Shown: one piece after another, positions 9,754 through 18,800 of the stretch
Numbering within the stretch: position 1 is the stretch's first letter
Layout: every line of letters begins with the position of its first letter
Made by a program: the position numbers and the translations under genes
Notes under the pieces: generated by a model
Seen by the model: only the letters and a program-made list of their open reading frames with translations
The model's database searches: none
What the model was told of the DNA's origin: nothing
NCBI GenBank assembly: GCA_050260455.1
Contig: JBLNCF010000010.1
Span: forward strand, 37,653-101,652
Reading direction: 5' to 3'
Source of the DNA: Bacillota bacterium
GTDB lineage: Bacteria > Patescibacteriota > Minisyncoccia > Phycocordibacterales > Phycocordibacteraceae
DNA length: 64,000 nt

Positions 9754-11016
9754 ATGCACTTTTACCCCCGCCACCTTCTCGTTATTGCAGAGCTCGCTGT
9801 TATCTTCGCCTGCGCAAGCATGCTCTTTAACGTAGCGCCGCATACCGCGCACGCTGCCACGACCGCACCTTCCACGACGGTCTTCACCAAGAAACCGTTC
9901 GAGGTGTCTGGCTGGATTCCGTACTGGCGCACCGCAACCGGTACCGCCGATGTACTTCCGCACCTCTCGCAGATGACGGAGGTGAATCCCTTCGGCTACA
10001 CCGTGAAGCAGGACGGCTCACTCTATGACGCAGCAGGTTTTGCGAAAGGAGACTGGGCAACTATTCAGGCTGCTGCAAAGGCCAAGAAGGTTCGTTTCAT
10101 CCCCACCGTGATGTGGAGCGATACCGCCTCCATCCACAATGTGCTCTCGAATCCCAAGCTTCGTTCGCAGCATGTGCAAGCGATCGTGGACATGGTGAAT
10201 CAGAATGGATTTGATGGTGTCGACATCGACTATGAAGGCAAGCTCGCAGATGATCGCGACAACTATTCTGCCTTCCTGAAAGAGCTCTACAAGAAGATCG
10301 GCAATAAATGGGTGATGTGCACCATCGAGGCACGCACACCGCCCGATTCGCTCTACAAGGCCATTCCGGCTGACCTTGAGTATGCGAACGACTACAAGGC
10401 TATCAACAAGTATTGTGATCGGGTGAAGCTCATGACGTACGACCAGGAGTCGGCCGACTTGAAGCTGAACGATGCCTCCAAAGGTCTCTACACACCTATT
10501 GCAGATCCCGCATGGGTGACCAAGGTGGTAAACCTCACCGCTAAGGACATTACCAAATCGAAGATTGAAATCGGTGTTGCTACCTACGGCTATATCTACC
10601 AAGTCATGCCGTATGCAGATGGTAGTGGCTACCGCTATGATCTTCTCGAGGCGTTCAATCCGACGTACGCCACCGATCTGGCTAAGTCGCTTGGGATCAC
10701 ACCGTCTCGTAATGCAGCCGGGGAACTCTCGTTCAGCTATGTGCCGACCACGCTTTCAAAGGCGGGGCTTCCGAGCCAGTCCAAGCTCGCCTCCTATGCG
10801 CCTGCAGGAACCCCTTCGAGCCTCCTCGCGGCCGTAGGATCGCTCCAGGTGGCAAAGGCGGAGTCCAAGCAGTCGCCCTTCTATCTCCTCTGGTGGAGCG
10901 ACAGCAAGGCCATTGCGGACAAGGTCGCCCTTGCGAAGAAGCTCGGTGTTCGCGGTGTCGCCGTCTTCAAGATGGATGGGGGAGAGGACCAGGCCATGTG
11001 GTCGGTTCTTAGATAA
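9754..11016 (+). CDS. secreted glycoside hydrolase family 18 (chitinase/cell-wall hydrolase-like)
   Basis: Signal peptide plus the GH18 catalytic motif GFDGVDIDYEG. Confidence 0.8.
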   Translation: MHFYPRHLLVIAELAVIFACASMLFNVAPHTAHAATTAPSTTVFTKKPFEVSGWIPYWRTATGTADVLPHLSQMTEVNPFGYTVKQDGSLYDAAGFAKGDWATIQAAAKAKKVRFIPTVMWSDTASIHNVLSNPKLRSQHVQAIVDMVNQNGFDGVDIDYEGKLADDRDNYSAFLKELYKKIGNKWVMCTIEARTPPDSLYKAIPADLEYANDYKAINKYCDRVKLMTYDQESADLKLNDASKGLYTPIADPAWVTKVVNLTAKDITKSKIEIGVATYGYIYQVMPYADGSGYRYDLLEAFNPTYATDLAKSLGITPSRNAAGELSFSYVPTTLSKAGLPSQSKLASYAPAGTPSSLLAAVGSLQVAKAESKQSPFYLLWWSDSKAIADKVALAKKLGVRGVAVFKMDGGEDQAMWSVLR

Positions 11017-11054
11017 GACTTTCGGAAGCGGGATTCGTCTGGTATAGGAAAGTT

Positions 11055-11915
11055 ATGAAGCGTACATGGCTCACTCGAGCCGGCCTCATCGTCGGCGGCA
11101 TATTCGCACTCGTCGGCATCGCCTTCACGGCGGTGTTCGTCGGCATGCAGTTTGGAGCCTTCAACGTGCGTGGTTCTATTGCCGAGCGCAACGCATTCTT
11201 TACGGGCGGCAAGAAAGTCGATGCTGTAGTCACGCCCACGCAACCGTGTGTCGATGTCTCTAAGACAACTTGTAATTGGAATGAGACTCCCGAATGGAAA
11301 GTAGTTGAAGGCGGTCTCACAAAGGATGCCCCTGTTATCGAGCGTGTGGCAGGGGAGACGGGGGTATCGGCTCGCATGATCGCAGCAGTGGTCGTTCCCG
11401 AGCAGATACGATTCTTCACGGCCGAGCGCGAGGTCTTCAAGAGGTACTTCGAGCCGCTGAAGATTCTTGGATCACTCTCACAATTCTCCCTCGGTGTTTC
11501 GGGCATCAAACAGGACACCGCGGTTCAAATTGAACAGTACGCGAATGATCCGACTTCGCCATTCTATCCAGGTGATGGCTATGCGGCTCTCATCGCATAC
11601 GCACCCGGAGTAGATCACGACAAAGAGCTCTACAATCGTCTTACCGACTCCAAGAATCATTACTATTCCTATCTCTATACGGCACTTGCCATAAAGGAGG
11701 TTGAGGCACAGTGGGAGCACGCTGGTTTCCCCATAGACGACAAGCCAGAAGTCGTAGCGACACTCTTCAATATTGGCTTTGAGGCCTCAAGTCCGAAGGC
11801 GAATCCACAGACTGCAGGTGCGTCCATCTCGACCGGAGGAACGGGATATCCGTTCGGACAACTCGGTGCTGATTTCTATAACTCTTCCGAGCTCCGCGAC
11901 ATTCTCCCCTTATAA
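11055..11915 (+). CDS. membrane-anchored hypothetical protein (possibly a cell-wall-associated enzyme)
   Basis: N-terminal TM helix and a 286-aa extracytoplasmic body with no firm family call. Confidence 0.55.
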   Translation: MKRTWLTRAGLIVGGIFALVGIAFTAVFVGMQFGAFNVRGSIAERNAFFTGGKKVDAVVTPTQPCVDVSKTTCNWNETPEWKVVEGGLTKDAPVIERVAGETGVSARMIAAVVVPEQIRFFTAEREVFKRYFEPLKILGSLSQFSLGVSGIKQDTAVQIEQYANDPTSPFYPGDGYAALIAYAPGVDHDKELYNRLTDSKNHYYSYLYTALAIKEVEAQWEHAGFPIDDKPEVVATLFNIGFEASSPKANPQTAGASISTGGTGYPFGQLGADFYNSSELRDILPL

Positions 11916-11920
11916 AACAG

Positions 11921-11957
11921 AAAACCGCCCAACGGACGATTCTCCGTTATGCGGTTG
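11921..11957 (-). terminator. rho-independent terminator (minus strand)
   Basis: The minus strand reads CCGC..AACGGA-GAATCG-TCCGTT..GCGG followed by TTTTCTGTTTTAT. Confidence 0.6.
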
Positions 11958-11965
11958 AGAAAAGA

Positions 11966-12394
11966 TCAGTGGAAAAGCACCGAGGCGACTCCGTGAGGAG
12001 TGGTGACCAGCCCAGTCCACACTTCGCCGTCCATGATCATCGTGCCCGGCTTCACGAAATCGTTTTCGTCCAGCAGCTGACTTGTCCGACCCCCCAGCGG
12101 GATGTGGTACGGAAGCGTGCGAACGAATATCACCTCCGAACGACAGAGCTTGTGCCGACGGAGATAACTGACGTTTTCGTTCTCCTCATACTGGGCAAAG
12201 ACGGCACCGCAGTCACTGTGCATGCATGCTGCAACCGTGCGGTGTTCCTCGGAATTGTACCCAGGTACCTCACACACCAGCTTACGGTCCTTGACCGAGA
12301 CTCCTTCCCGAAAGCACTTCAGGCAATGTTTGGGTAGCGAACTGATGAACGCATCACGCGTCCATTTGACTTCATTCGGGTTGTCAAACGGCAT
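11966..12394 (-). CDS. Cys-rich hypothetical protein (CxxC plus 4 further Cys)
   Basis: 142-aa ORF (HCLKCF...C...C..C) with its own terminator. Confidence 0.5.
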   Translation of the reverse strand: MPFDNPNEVKWTRDAFISSLPKHCLKCFREGVSVKDRKLVCEVPGYNSEEHRTVAACMHSDCGAVFAQYEENENVSYLRRHKLCRSEVIFVRTLPYHIPLGGRTSQLLDENDFVKPGTMIMDGEVWTGLVTTPHGVASVLFH

Positions 12395-12514
12395 GATTGT
12401 TGACCCTCCTTTCCTAAAGAAACGCTATCACGCCCCGTTGAATCCTCCAATTTCGTGCCTTCATCCCAGGACCACGGAGACCGGATATACTTAGCTACAT
12501 AGTAATGTAGCCAC

Positions 12515-12940
12515 ATGGGTATGAATCCAGTCGTGCATTTCGAGATGGGATACTTTGATCGCGACCGTATGAAGAAGTTCTATGAGTCTGCGTTCGGATG
12601 GAATATGCAGCAGATGGGGGAAGACATGGGCAACTATGTGGTCGCCCAGACTGCAGAGACCGATGAGAAAGGCATGATACAAAGGCCGGGCGCGATAAAT
12701 GGCGGGTTCTATCAAAAGACGGATGATCCGTCCTCGTTCCCGCCCTCGATCGTCATTTCAGTGAAGGACATCAAGGCAGCTATGCAAGCTGTTGAAGCGG
12801 GTGGTGGCAAGATTCTGGGCGGCATGACACCGGACGGTGGTCACACTATGGAGCCGACCATGATACCGGGGGTCGGTCTCTGGATCTCGTTTGAGGACAC
12901 GGAAAAGAACCGCGTCAGCCTTCTGCAGCCAGTGAGTTAA
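12515..12940 (+). CDS. VOC/glyoxalase-bleomycin-resistance family protein
   Basis: VHFEMGYFDRDRMKKFYESAFGW is typical of glyoxalase-like domains. Confidence 0.7.
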   Translation: MGMNPVVHFEMGYFDRDRMKKFYESAFGWNMQQMGEDMGNYVVAQTAETDEKGMIQRPGAINGGFYQKTDDPSSFPPSIVISVKDIKAAMQAVEAGGGKILGGMTPDGGHTMEPTMIPGVGLWISFEDTEKNRVSLLQPVS

Positions 12941-12999
12941 AAGAAAACCGCCCGACCAAAGAGAGCCGGGGGCTTTCTCTGTGTCAGGCGGAGCTGGAA

Positions 13000-13215
13000 T
13001 CAGTCAGCGCCGGTCCATCTGGCCCCTTTAGCGGGGGTTCCGCGTAGAGGGCATTCGATCGACCAGGGAGGCGAGAAGCAAATCTCGCCTCCAAGATTCT
13101 TGCAGGGATGGACGACCTCGCAGTGCGGGCAATCGGCTTCATAGTAGGAAGGTTCGTCGTCATCCCCCACAGGAGACTCCACTTCCTCCGGTTCAGCCAC
13201 AGCGAGCGCGGACAT
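13000..13215 (-). CDS. small acidic Cys-cluster protein (CPHC...C...C...C), hypothetical
   Basis: 71-aa ORF with a terminator hairpin immediately downstream (12950-12989). The overlapping alternative frame is Arg-rich and less protein-like. Confidence 0.35.
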   Translation of the reverse strand: MSALAVAEPEEVESPVGDDDEPSYYEADCPHCEVVHPCKNLGGEICFSPPWSIECPLRGTPAKGARWTGAD

Positions 13216-13295
13216 GGCACTAAAATCCTCTGTTCTTGTTATCCCATTCGCAATCTACAACTAAGAATGCGAGTTGGGAAGGGGAGAGGCCTCTG

Positions 13296-13544
13296 TTACG
13301 TGATCTGAATCGGGCTCTGAATACCACCCTCGGCTCCCGACACGTCTATCGGTCCGTATTTGCTCTCGTATTCCTTAATCTTATCCGGCAGTCCGTCTGC
13401 AAAAGCCTTCATGAGCTCGGGCGGCATAGCGAACGCTACGACACTTTCCCCGGACGCGAGCGCGATGAGGAAATGATGCTGATTGTAATTAATGGATACC
13501 GTGTCGCAGAGCGATTTCTGTAGGCGAGAAAAGTCGATGTTCAT
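13296..13544 (-). CDS. DUF3467-like small protein
   Basis: 82 aa. SINYNQHHFLIAL...MPPELMKAF...YESKYGPI resembles the DUF3467 pattern as I recall it. Confidence 0.4.
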   Translation of the reverse strand: MNIDFSRLQKSLCDTVSINYNQHHFLIALASGESVVAFAMPPELMKAFADGLPDKIKEYESKYGPIDVSGAEGGIQSPIQIT

Positions 13545-13664
13545 ATTCCTCGAGTATACCCTCCAGCACGCATGGAGGAGATGAAGCTTCTCCAGATGAG
13601 ACCCTTTACAATATACAGGCTTTGTGATATAGTGGATTCAGACGAGACCATAAGGAGCACAGCA

Positions 13665-14186
13665 ATGCGACGTCTCATGTTTGCTTTGGGTCTGCTCGCT
13701 TCGGCATGCAGCCCGGCCGTTCAAGAGCCTCGCAATGCGGGCTTCGAGCGGGTCACTGTTGACTATTCACACGAACTGTCGCAGTTTTATGACCCCACCG
13801 ACGGGTACCCGCAACCACTCCCCGCCATCGCCAAAGCTCTGAGAGGCTTCCGTCATCGGAAACCCCAGCAGCATTGGGTCGGTGTGGTGCCGGAATACGA
13901 GGCGAGCGATTACCTTTCTAAGGGTCATTTGCGTGAAGCTACGGCTCACGAAATGCTCGCAGCGGACGAACAGACCGATCTTCTCTACAACAAGAACTAC
14001 GTCTGCGCTCGGGGCACACCAGTCCCGAATGGTTTCTTCGACGCCGACTACAAGCCCGACGGAGTGCACTGGGACTACCCCCAGATCAGTCGTGGACCCC
14101 AGTATTTCGGCGAACACGTCGGAAGGGGACCTCGCTACGGGCGTGGCGACCGAAGCTGCCGGTGGGTAGTTCTGGTCGAGAGATAG
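13665..14186 (+). CDS. putative lipoprotein, hypothetical
   Basis: TAAGGAG sits 8 nt before the ATG at 13665. The signal peptide has an LASAC lipobox-like site. No homolog recognised. Confidence 0.5.
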   Translation: MRRLMFALGLLASACSPAVQEPRNAGFERVTVDYSHELSQFYDPTDGYPQPLPAIAKALRGFRHRKPQQHWVGVVPEYEASDYLSKGHLREATAHEMLAADEQTDLLYNKNYVCARGTPVPNGFFDADYKPDGVHWDYPQISRGPQYFGEHVGRGPRYGRGDRSCRWVVLVER

Positions 14187-14311
14187 AAAAGGAGATAAAA
14201 CGACCACACCAAGAAAGCCATGCCGGCACTAGGGTGTGGTTTTCTGTTTCCGTTCCAATCCTACCCAAGGCACATTGAGGTATAAGGCTGAATACGATAG
14301 GGTGAATATAC

Positions 14312-15796
14312 GTGCCGCAAAAACCCCAGAACACGCCTGCGCCCCAGCGCGACGTGATCGTGCGATTCGAGGAAGCCTCGTTCGAATACGGTCACAACTA
14401 TCCCATCTTGGACGAGGTGGATTTTTCGTTACGCCGAGGCATGAAAGTAACCCTTATGGGTCAGAATGGTGCCGGCAAGTCGACCATCTTTAAATTGATA
14501 GCTGGGCAGTTGTCTCTCGACCACGGCAAGATACAGATTCCGAATGGGGTGACCATCGCCATGTCTGCACAGGTGGTTCCTCCCGCACTCCGCGACCGCA
14601 CGGTGCGTGAGTTCTTCGAAGCAAGCTTTACCAAGAAGGTCTATGACATTGATCCGAAGATTGATGCGGTGCTTGAGGTGGTGAACCTCCACGCGCCAAA
14701 GGATCGTATCGTGAGCTCCTTCTCGGGCGGCCAGCAGGCCCGCCTCCTCCTTGCGAGCGCACTCATCCAGGACCCGGACCTGCTCCTGCTCGATGAGCCG
14801 ACCAACAACCTCGACACCGCGGGTATCGAACATCTCACTGACTTCCTGAAGTCGTACCAGAAGAGCTGCATGGTCATCTCGCATGATGCAGAGTTCCTTA
14901 ACTCGTTCACCGACGGCGTCCTGTACCTGGACGTACACACCCGAAAGATCGAACAGTATGTTGGTAACTACTACGACCTCCTTAAGGAGATTACGGCTCG
15001 TATTGAGCGCGAGAACCGCAAGAACGCGCAGCTCGCAAAGAAGATCCAGGACAATAAAGATAAGGCGAACTTCTTCGCGCAGAAGGGAGGCAAGATGCGT
15101 CTCGTCGCGAAGAAGATGCGCGAAGAGATCGAGGAGATGGAAGAAGAGAAAGTTGATGTGCGCAAAGAGGACAAGACCATCCGACCATTCACGATACCTG
15201 CCCAGCCCGAACTCATCGGCGAACTCCTTACCCTCACATCCGTTACCACCATCGACCCGAAGAAGCACACCCCGAAGACGAAGAAGATCGACATCGTTTT
15301 GAAGCGCCGTGACCACCTGCAGCTCACGGGACCAAATGGGATAGGGAAGACTACCCTGCTTGAATCCCTGGCGCGCGGTACGGCCGAGGGAGCTCGCATA
15401 GCCGATGGGGTTCGCGTCGGCTACTACCGCCAGGACTTCTCCACCCTTAACTTCGAGCACACCGTCTACGAGTCGCTCCTCTCGGCCATGGAGAAACCGG
15501 ATGAAGAACGCATGCGCGCGGTCGCTGCCGGCTTCCTCATTACACGTGAGCAGATTGGGAAGAAGATCGGTGTGCTCTCCGAAGGTCAGAAAGGTCTTGT
15601 AGCATTTGCTCGTCTCGTACTCGAGCGTCCCGGTCTCCTTATCCTCGACGAGCCAACCAACCATATCAACTTTCGTCACTTGCCGGTCATTGCGAAAGCT
15701 TTGGATGAATACGAAGGCGCGATGATTCTGGTGTCGCACGTGCCGGAGTTTGTGGGACAAATACGGATAGATAGAGTTCTTAATCTGGCAGTGTAG
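14312..15796 (+). CDS. ABC-F family ATPase (tandem ABC domains, no TMD)
   Basis: Two copies each of Walker A (GQNGAGKST / GPNGIGKTT), the signature motif (LSGGQQ / LSEGQK) and Walker B (LLLLDEPTN / LILDEPTN). GTG start. Confidence 0.9.
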   Translation: MPQKPQNTPAPQRDVIVRFEEASFEYGHNYPILDEVDFSLRRGMKVTLMGQNGAGKSTIFKLIAGQLSLDHGKIQIPNGVTIAMSAQVVPPALRDRTVREFFEASFTKKVYDIDPKIDAVLEVVNLHAPKDRIVSSFSGGQQARLLLASALIQDPDLLLLDEPTNNLDTAGIEHLTDFLKSYQKSCMVISHDAEFLNSFTDGVLYLDVHTRKIEQYVGNYYDLLKEITARIERENRKNAQLAKKIQDNKDKANFFAQKGGKMRLVAKKMREEIEEMEEEKVDVRKEDKTIRPFTIPAQPELIGELLTLTSVTTIDPKKHTPKTKKIDIVLKRRDHLQLTGPNGIGKTTLLESLARGTAEGARIADGVRVGYYRQDFSTLNFEHTVYESLLSAMEKPDEERMRAVAAGFLITREQIGKKIGVLSEGQKGLVAFARLVLERPGLLILDEPTNHINFRHLPVIAKALDEYEGAMILVSHVPEFVGQIRIDRVLNLAV

Positions 15797-15810
15797 ATGC
15801 GTTATCTTTT

Positions 15811-16863
15811 ATGAAACGGAATAAGCGTTCACTAAGATTTCTCGCGGAAAGTTATCGACTGGATGCAGAGGAAAGTTTAATAGTCCTTTGGTATAACTCA
15901 GCGACTCGGTTCGAATATCTAAAGAATCCTGCGAGCATTATAAAGAATAAAGACTATCAGTTTGTCCGGAAACTCTTTGCTCAGAGAGCCATCAATATAA
16001 AAGCGGGCTTGAATGTTGAGGAAAAGATCAGACCTGTAACGGTCGTGGTTAGAGATCACGACTTTTCTCAAATAGGCAGAACTGCCGATTCCCATCACTA
16101 TTTAACTACTGACGAGATAATTAACATATACGAAGAGCTTGTTCGAGACTTTGCTCATAACGAAGACCCGATAAATCCGGCCGGTGTGAAGGATATGAAA
16201 GTTCTGGAATCTGCTGTCTTTCATCCGCAAACTTCATACAGAGGCATTCTCAAGTATCCCACCATTGAAACTGCTGCAGCTGCGCTGATGTATGCAGTAA
16301 CCCATAACCATCCCTTTTTTAATGGAAATAAGCGAACATCTATGGTGGCCATGCTGGTTTTTCTTGATCGTCACAATATCTCAGTTACGTGCAGTGAGGA
16401 TGATTTGTTCCGAATATCGATCGAATTAGCCAAACATAGATTAGTCTCACCGGAAAGGTTATATCCAGATTCAGAAATTGATGCGCTTGCTCATTGGTTA
16501 CATTCAAATTCAAAATACATTCAAAAAGGAGAGCGTCCAATATCGGTGCGTAAGTTTAAACAGATCCTGGCCCATTTCAATTGTGAAATCCTGCCAGATG
16601 GCAGAGTTCAGAGATCTATACCCACCAAAGATATCCTTGGTTTCTCGAGCGTAAAAATCCTCACCACGAGGCTCGCACGAATCGAGCCAGGAACTGAAGG
16701 TCGTCAAATGAATAGACTCTTGATCAAAAGTATCAGAGAAGAATTGAGGATGACGCACCAATATGGAATTGATAGTGAACAATTCTATGAAATGGCAAAC
16801 CCAACGGTCGCCGATTTTATTCACGAATATAAAAAAGTATTGGGTCGTCTGGCTAAGATCTAA
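15811..16863 (+). CDS. Fic/Doc family protein with a Doc-type motif HPFFNGNKRT
   Basis: The Fic core HxFx(D/N)GNKR, the Doc-type variant, is at aa ~175. The CDS sits in low-GC DNA, unlike its flanks. Confidence 0.75.
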   Translation: MKRNKRSLRFLAESYRLDAEESLIVLWYNSATRFEYLKNPASIIKNKDYQFVRKLFAQRAINIKAGLNVEEKIRPVTVVVRDHDFSQIGRTADSHHYLTTDEIINIYEELVRDFAHNEDPINPAGVKDMKVLESAVFHPQTSYRGILKYPTIETAAAALMYAVTHNHPFFNGNKRTSMVAMLVFLDRHNISVTCSEDDLFRISIELAKHRLVSPERLYPDSEIDALAHWLHSNSKYIQKGERPISVRKFKQILAHFNCEILPDGRVQRSIPTKDILGFSSVKILTTRLARIEPGTEGRQMNRLLIKSIREELRMTHQYGIDSEQFYEMANPTVADFIHEYKKVLGRLAKI

Positions 16864-16908
16864 CATAGCTATAAAATGGCCCACCGAAGCCATATCTCGG
16901 ATAGAAGA

Positions 16909-16956
16909 GCGGGGAAGTCCCCTGCTGAGATTCTTGTTTTTTGGAGAAGTGCTCCT
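16909..16956 (+). terminator. probable terminator after the Fic gene
   Basis: AGCGGGGAAGTCCCCTGCT stem followed by ...TTGTTTTTTGG. Confidence 0.45.
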
Positions 16957-17406
16957 CGCAGATTCCTCCACAGAGATTGAATCTAGGCCATAATTCATCT
17001 CGGATGGGGAGTGACGTGATGATAGATAAGAGAGTAATGAGTAGCTCTGTAGAGCCACGATAGAGAGCAGAGGGTGAGTAGTATAGACAGAATCAGAATA
17101 GCCAGCGTACGACCCAGCCCTCAGGCTTTAGTGCGTAAAAGGTATATTGTGCGCACTTTATATATTTCTAAAGCCAGACATTAAAGCTCATGAAACTTTG
17201 GGTGCTCTCTTCCCTGTTTGACCACCAGCTACTGTTGGTCGAGCTGCAGGTCCACGGAATGCAAGTATGGAGAAAATATGGAAAAGATTTTGCATAATTG
17301 ACCCCTTCCCCGAGAGGCGAGCGGGAGAGTGCAGGGGACCGGGGGGAGAAAAGAAATGAGATCCGTTTCCGGACCCCACTCCAACTCCCCTGCTCTTCCC
17401 TGCCCA

Positions 17407-18195
17407 CTAGCACTTAACGACCTTCTGTATATACTCGAACGCTTCGTCCACCGAATCAACAACATGGAAGAGATCCATGTCCTCCGGACTGATTGCCTCA
17501 TACGTATCGAGGAGCTGGGTCTTGAAGAACACTACGAGCGGGTCCCAGTAGTCTTTGCCGTAGAGCACGATGGGCACTTTGCGGATCTTCTTGGTCTGCA
17601 CAAGCGTAAGGATCTCGGTGAACTCATCGAGCGTGCCGAAACCACCCGGGAAATAGATGTAGACCTCGGACGCAAACGCGAGCATGACCTTACGCACGAA
17701 GAAGTGATCGAAGGTCACTGAGTCGGTGAGGTAACCGTTCAGACCTGGATTGTCCTCAAGGCGGATGTTGAGGCCGATGGATGCACCGCCCGCTTCATAG
17801 GCACCCTTATTGGCTGCCTGCATGACGCCATTATTGCCGCCCGTGAAGACGGCAAAGCCCGCCTTGGCGAGTTTGCCAGCGAGCACCGTCGCGTCATCGT
17901 AGAAACGATGCGGGAACGTTGCCCGAGCTGTCCCAAAGAATGTGGCGGCAAGGCCGTACTTACGAAGGACTTCAAAACCTTCGACGAACTCGCTCATGAT
18001 CTTGAACACGCGCCAGCTCTCTATCTGCTGTGGCTTGCAGACGAGTGGTTCGGGAGTATCAGGAACCTCCGTCTTCCCTGTTTGAATGGCACGCTCGAGT
18101 GTAGTGCCCATCTCTCGATGTTTCTCTCCCATCGGAGAGGTCGGCGGCACAGTGGTTGCAGGCGGAGCGTTCGTGATGATAGGTTCGTCAGCCAT
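17407..18195 (-). CDS. LOG family protein (TIGR00730; cytokinin riboside 5'-monophosphate phosphoribohydrolase-like)
   Basis: FTGGNNGVMQAANKGA...YFPGGFGTLDE motifs. Confidence 0.85.
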   Translation of the reverse strand: MADEPIITNAPPATTVPPTSPMGEKHREMGTTLERAIQTGKTEVPDTPEPLVCKPQQIESWRVFKIMSEFVEGFEVLRKYGLAATFFGTARATFPHRFYDDATVLAGKLAKAGFAVFTGGNNGVMQAANKGAYEAGGASIGLNIRLEDNPGLNGYLTDSVTFDHFFVRKVMLAFASEVYIYFPGGFGTLDEFTEILTLVQTKKIRKVPIVLYGKDYWDPLVVFFKTQLLDTYEAISPEDMDLFHVVDSVDEAFEYIQKVVKC

Positions 18196-18197
18196 GA

Positions 18198-18800
18198 TTA
18201 GAAAGGAATCGGAAATGTACTAAATTCAGGAATGATATTCCGATTATACGCTATGCGTGCGATTACTTCTGCGTGACAAAGTGCACCCGTGAGTGCGTTA
18301 TGCGGCTTCGGTTCCTCAGGAATGCCGCAGTACCGGAGTGCTGCATCCAGATTGATTGCAGAGTGACGATTCTCATTCAGAGGAGGTTCAATTCCCCGTT
18401 CCGTCATATGGAGCCACACAAGCGTATGAGTATCAATGGTGCGTTTACCGAACGGACATTCGAAACCTGCTCTCTTGCAGGCTTCCTGCACGTACTCCAG
18501 ATCGAAGGAAACGTTCTGAGCGGCAAGGATGCGATTCTTGGGCCTATCTGTTGCCCAGGCAATAAATGCGCCAACGAGCTCAGCTTCAGATTTGCGTTCG
18601 GGACTTGTAATCTCTTCCCTACTGAATCCGTTTATGGCGAGTGCCTCATCGGTCACGTGCGCCCCGTCCCAGATTCGGCACTCGTCATAGAACTGATTGT
18701 TGGGTTCATCTGTGTCGATGGCCCCCAGAGAGAGAATGGAGCCCGTCACGGGATCGAGGCTCGTGGATTCAACGTCAATAGCAATCATAGGCCTGGGCAA
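18198..18800 (-). CDS. DEDDh 3'-5' exonuclease (DnaQ-like)
   Basis: IDVESTSLDP (Exo I), FDLEYV (Exo II) and HNALTGALCHAE (Exo III with His). Confidence 0.75.
   Translation of the reverse strand: MPRPMIAIDVESTSLDPVTGSILSLGAIDTDEPNNQFYDECRIWDGAHVTDEALAINGFSREEITSPERKSEAELVGAFIAWATDRPKNRILAAQNVSFDLEYVQEACKRAGFECPFGKRTIDTHTLVWLHMTERGIEPPLNENRHSAINLDAALRYCGIPEEPKPHNALTGALCHAEVIARIAYNRNIIPEFSTFPIPF

Noticed and set aside
10018-10602. 194-aa minus-strand ORF
   Set aside because: Antisense within the GH18 gene.
12984-13220. Alternative 78-aa frame overlapping the Cys-cluster ORF
   Set aside because: Arg/Pro-rich composition. It would run through the terminator stem, so the 13000-13215 frame is preferred.
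14429-15760. 443-aa ORF on the minus strand
   Set aside because: It lies fully antisense to the ABC-F gene, which carries double Walker A, signature and Walker B motifs. The antisense product is low-complexity, so it is a shadow ORF.
16510-17058. 182-aa minus-strand ORF
   Set aside because: It overlaps the 3' half of the Fic gene in antisense and extends into the AG-rich non-coding tail. No start signal.
16960-17410. AG-rich non-coding stretch with small ORFs 17168-17501 between the Fic and LOG genes
   Set aside because: Looked for a CRISPR array, tRNA or ncRNA. There are no regular repeats or cloverleaf, and the small ORFs are low-complexity (Gly/Arg/Ser). Left as non-coding spacer of unknown role.
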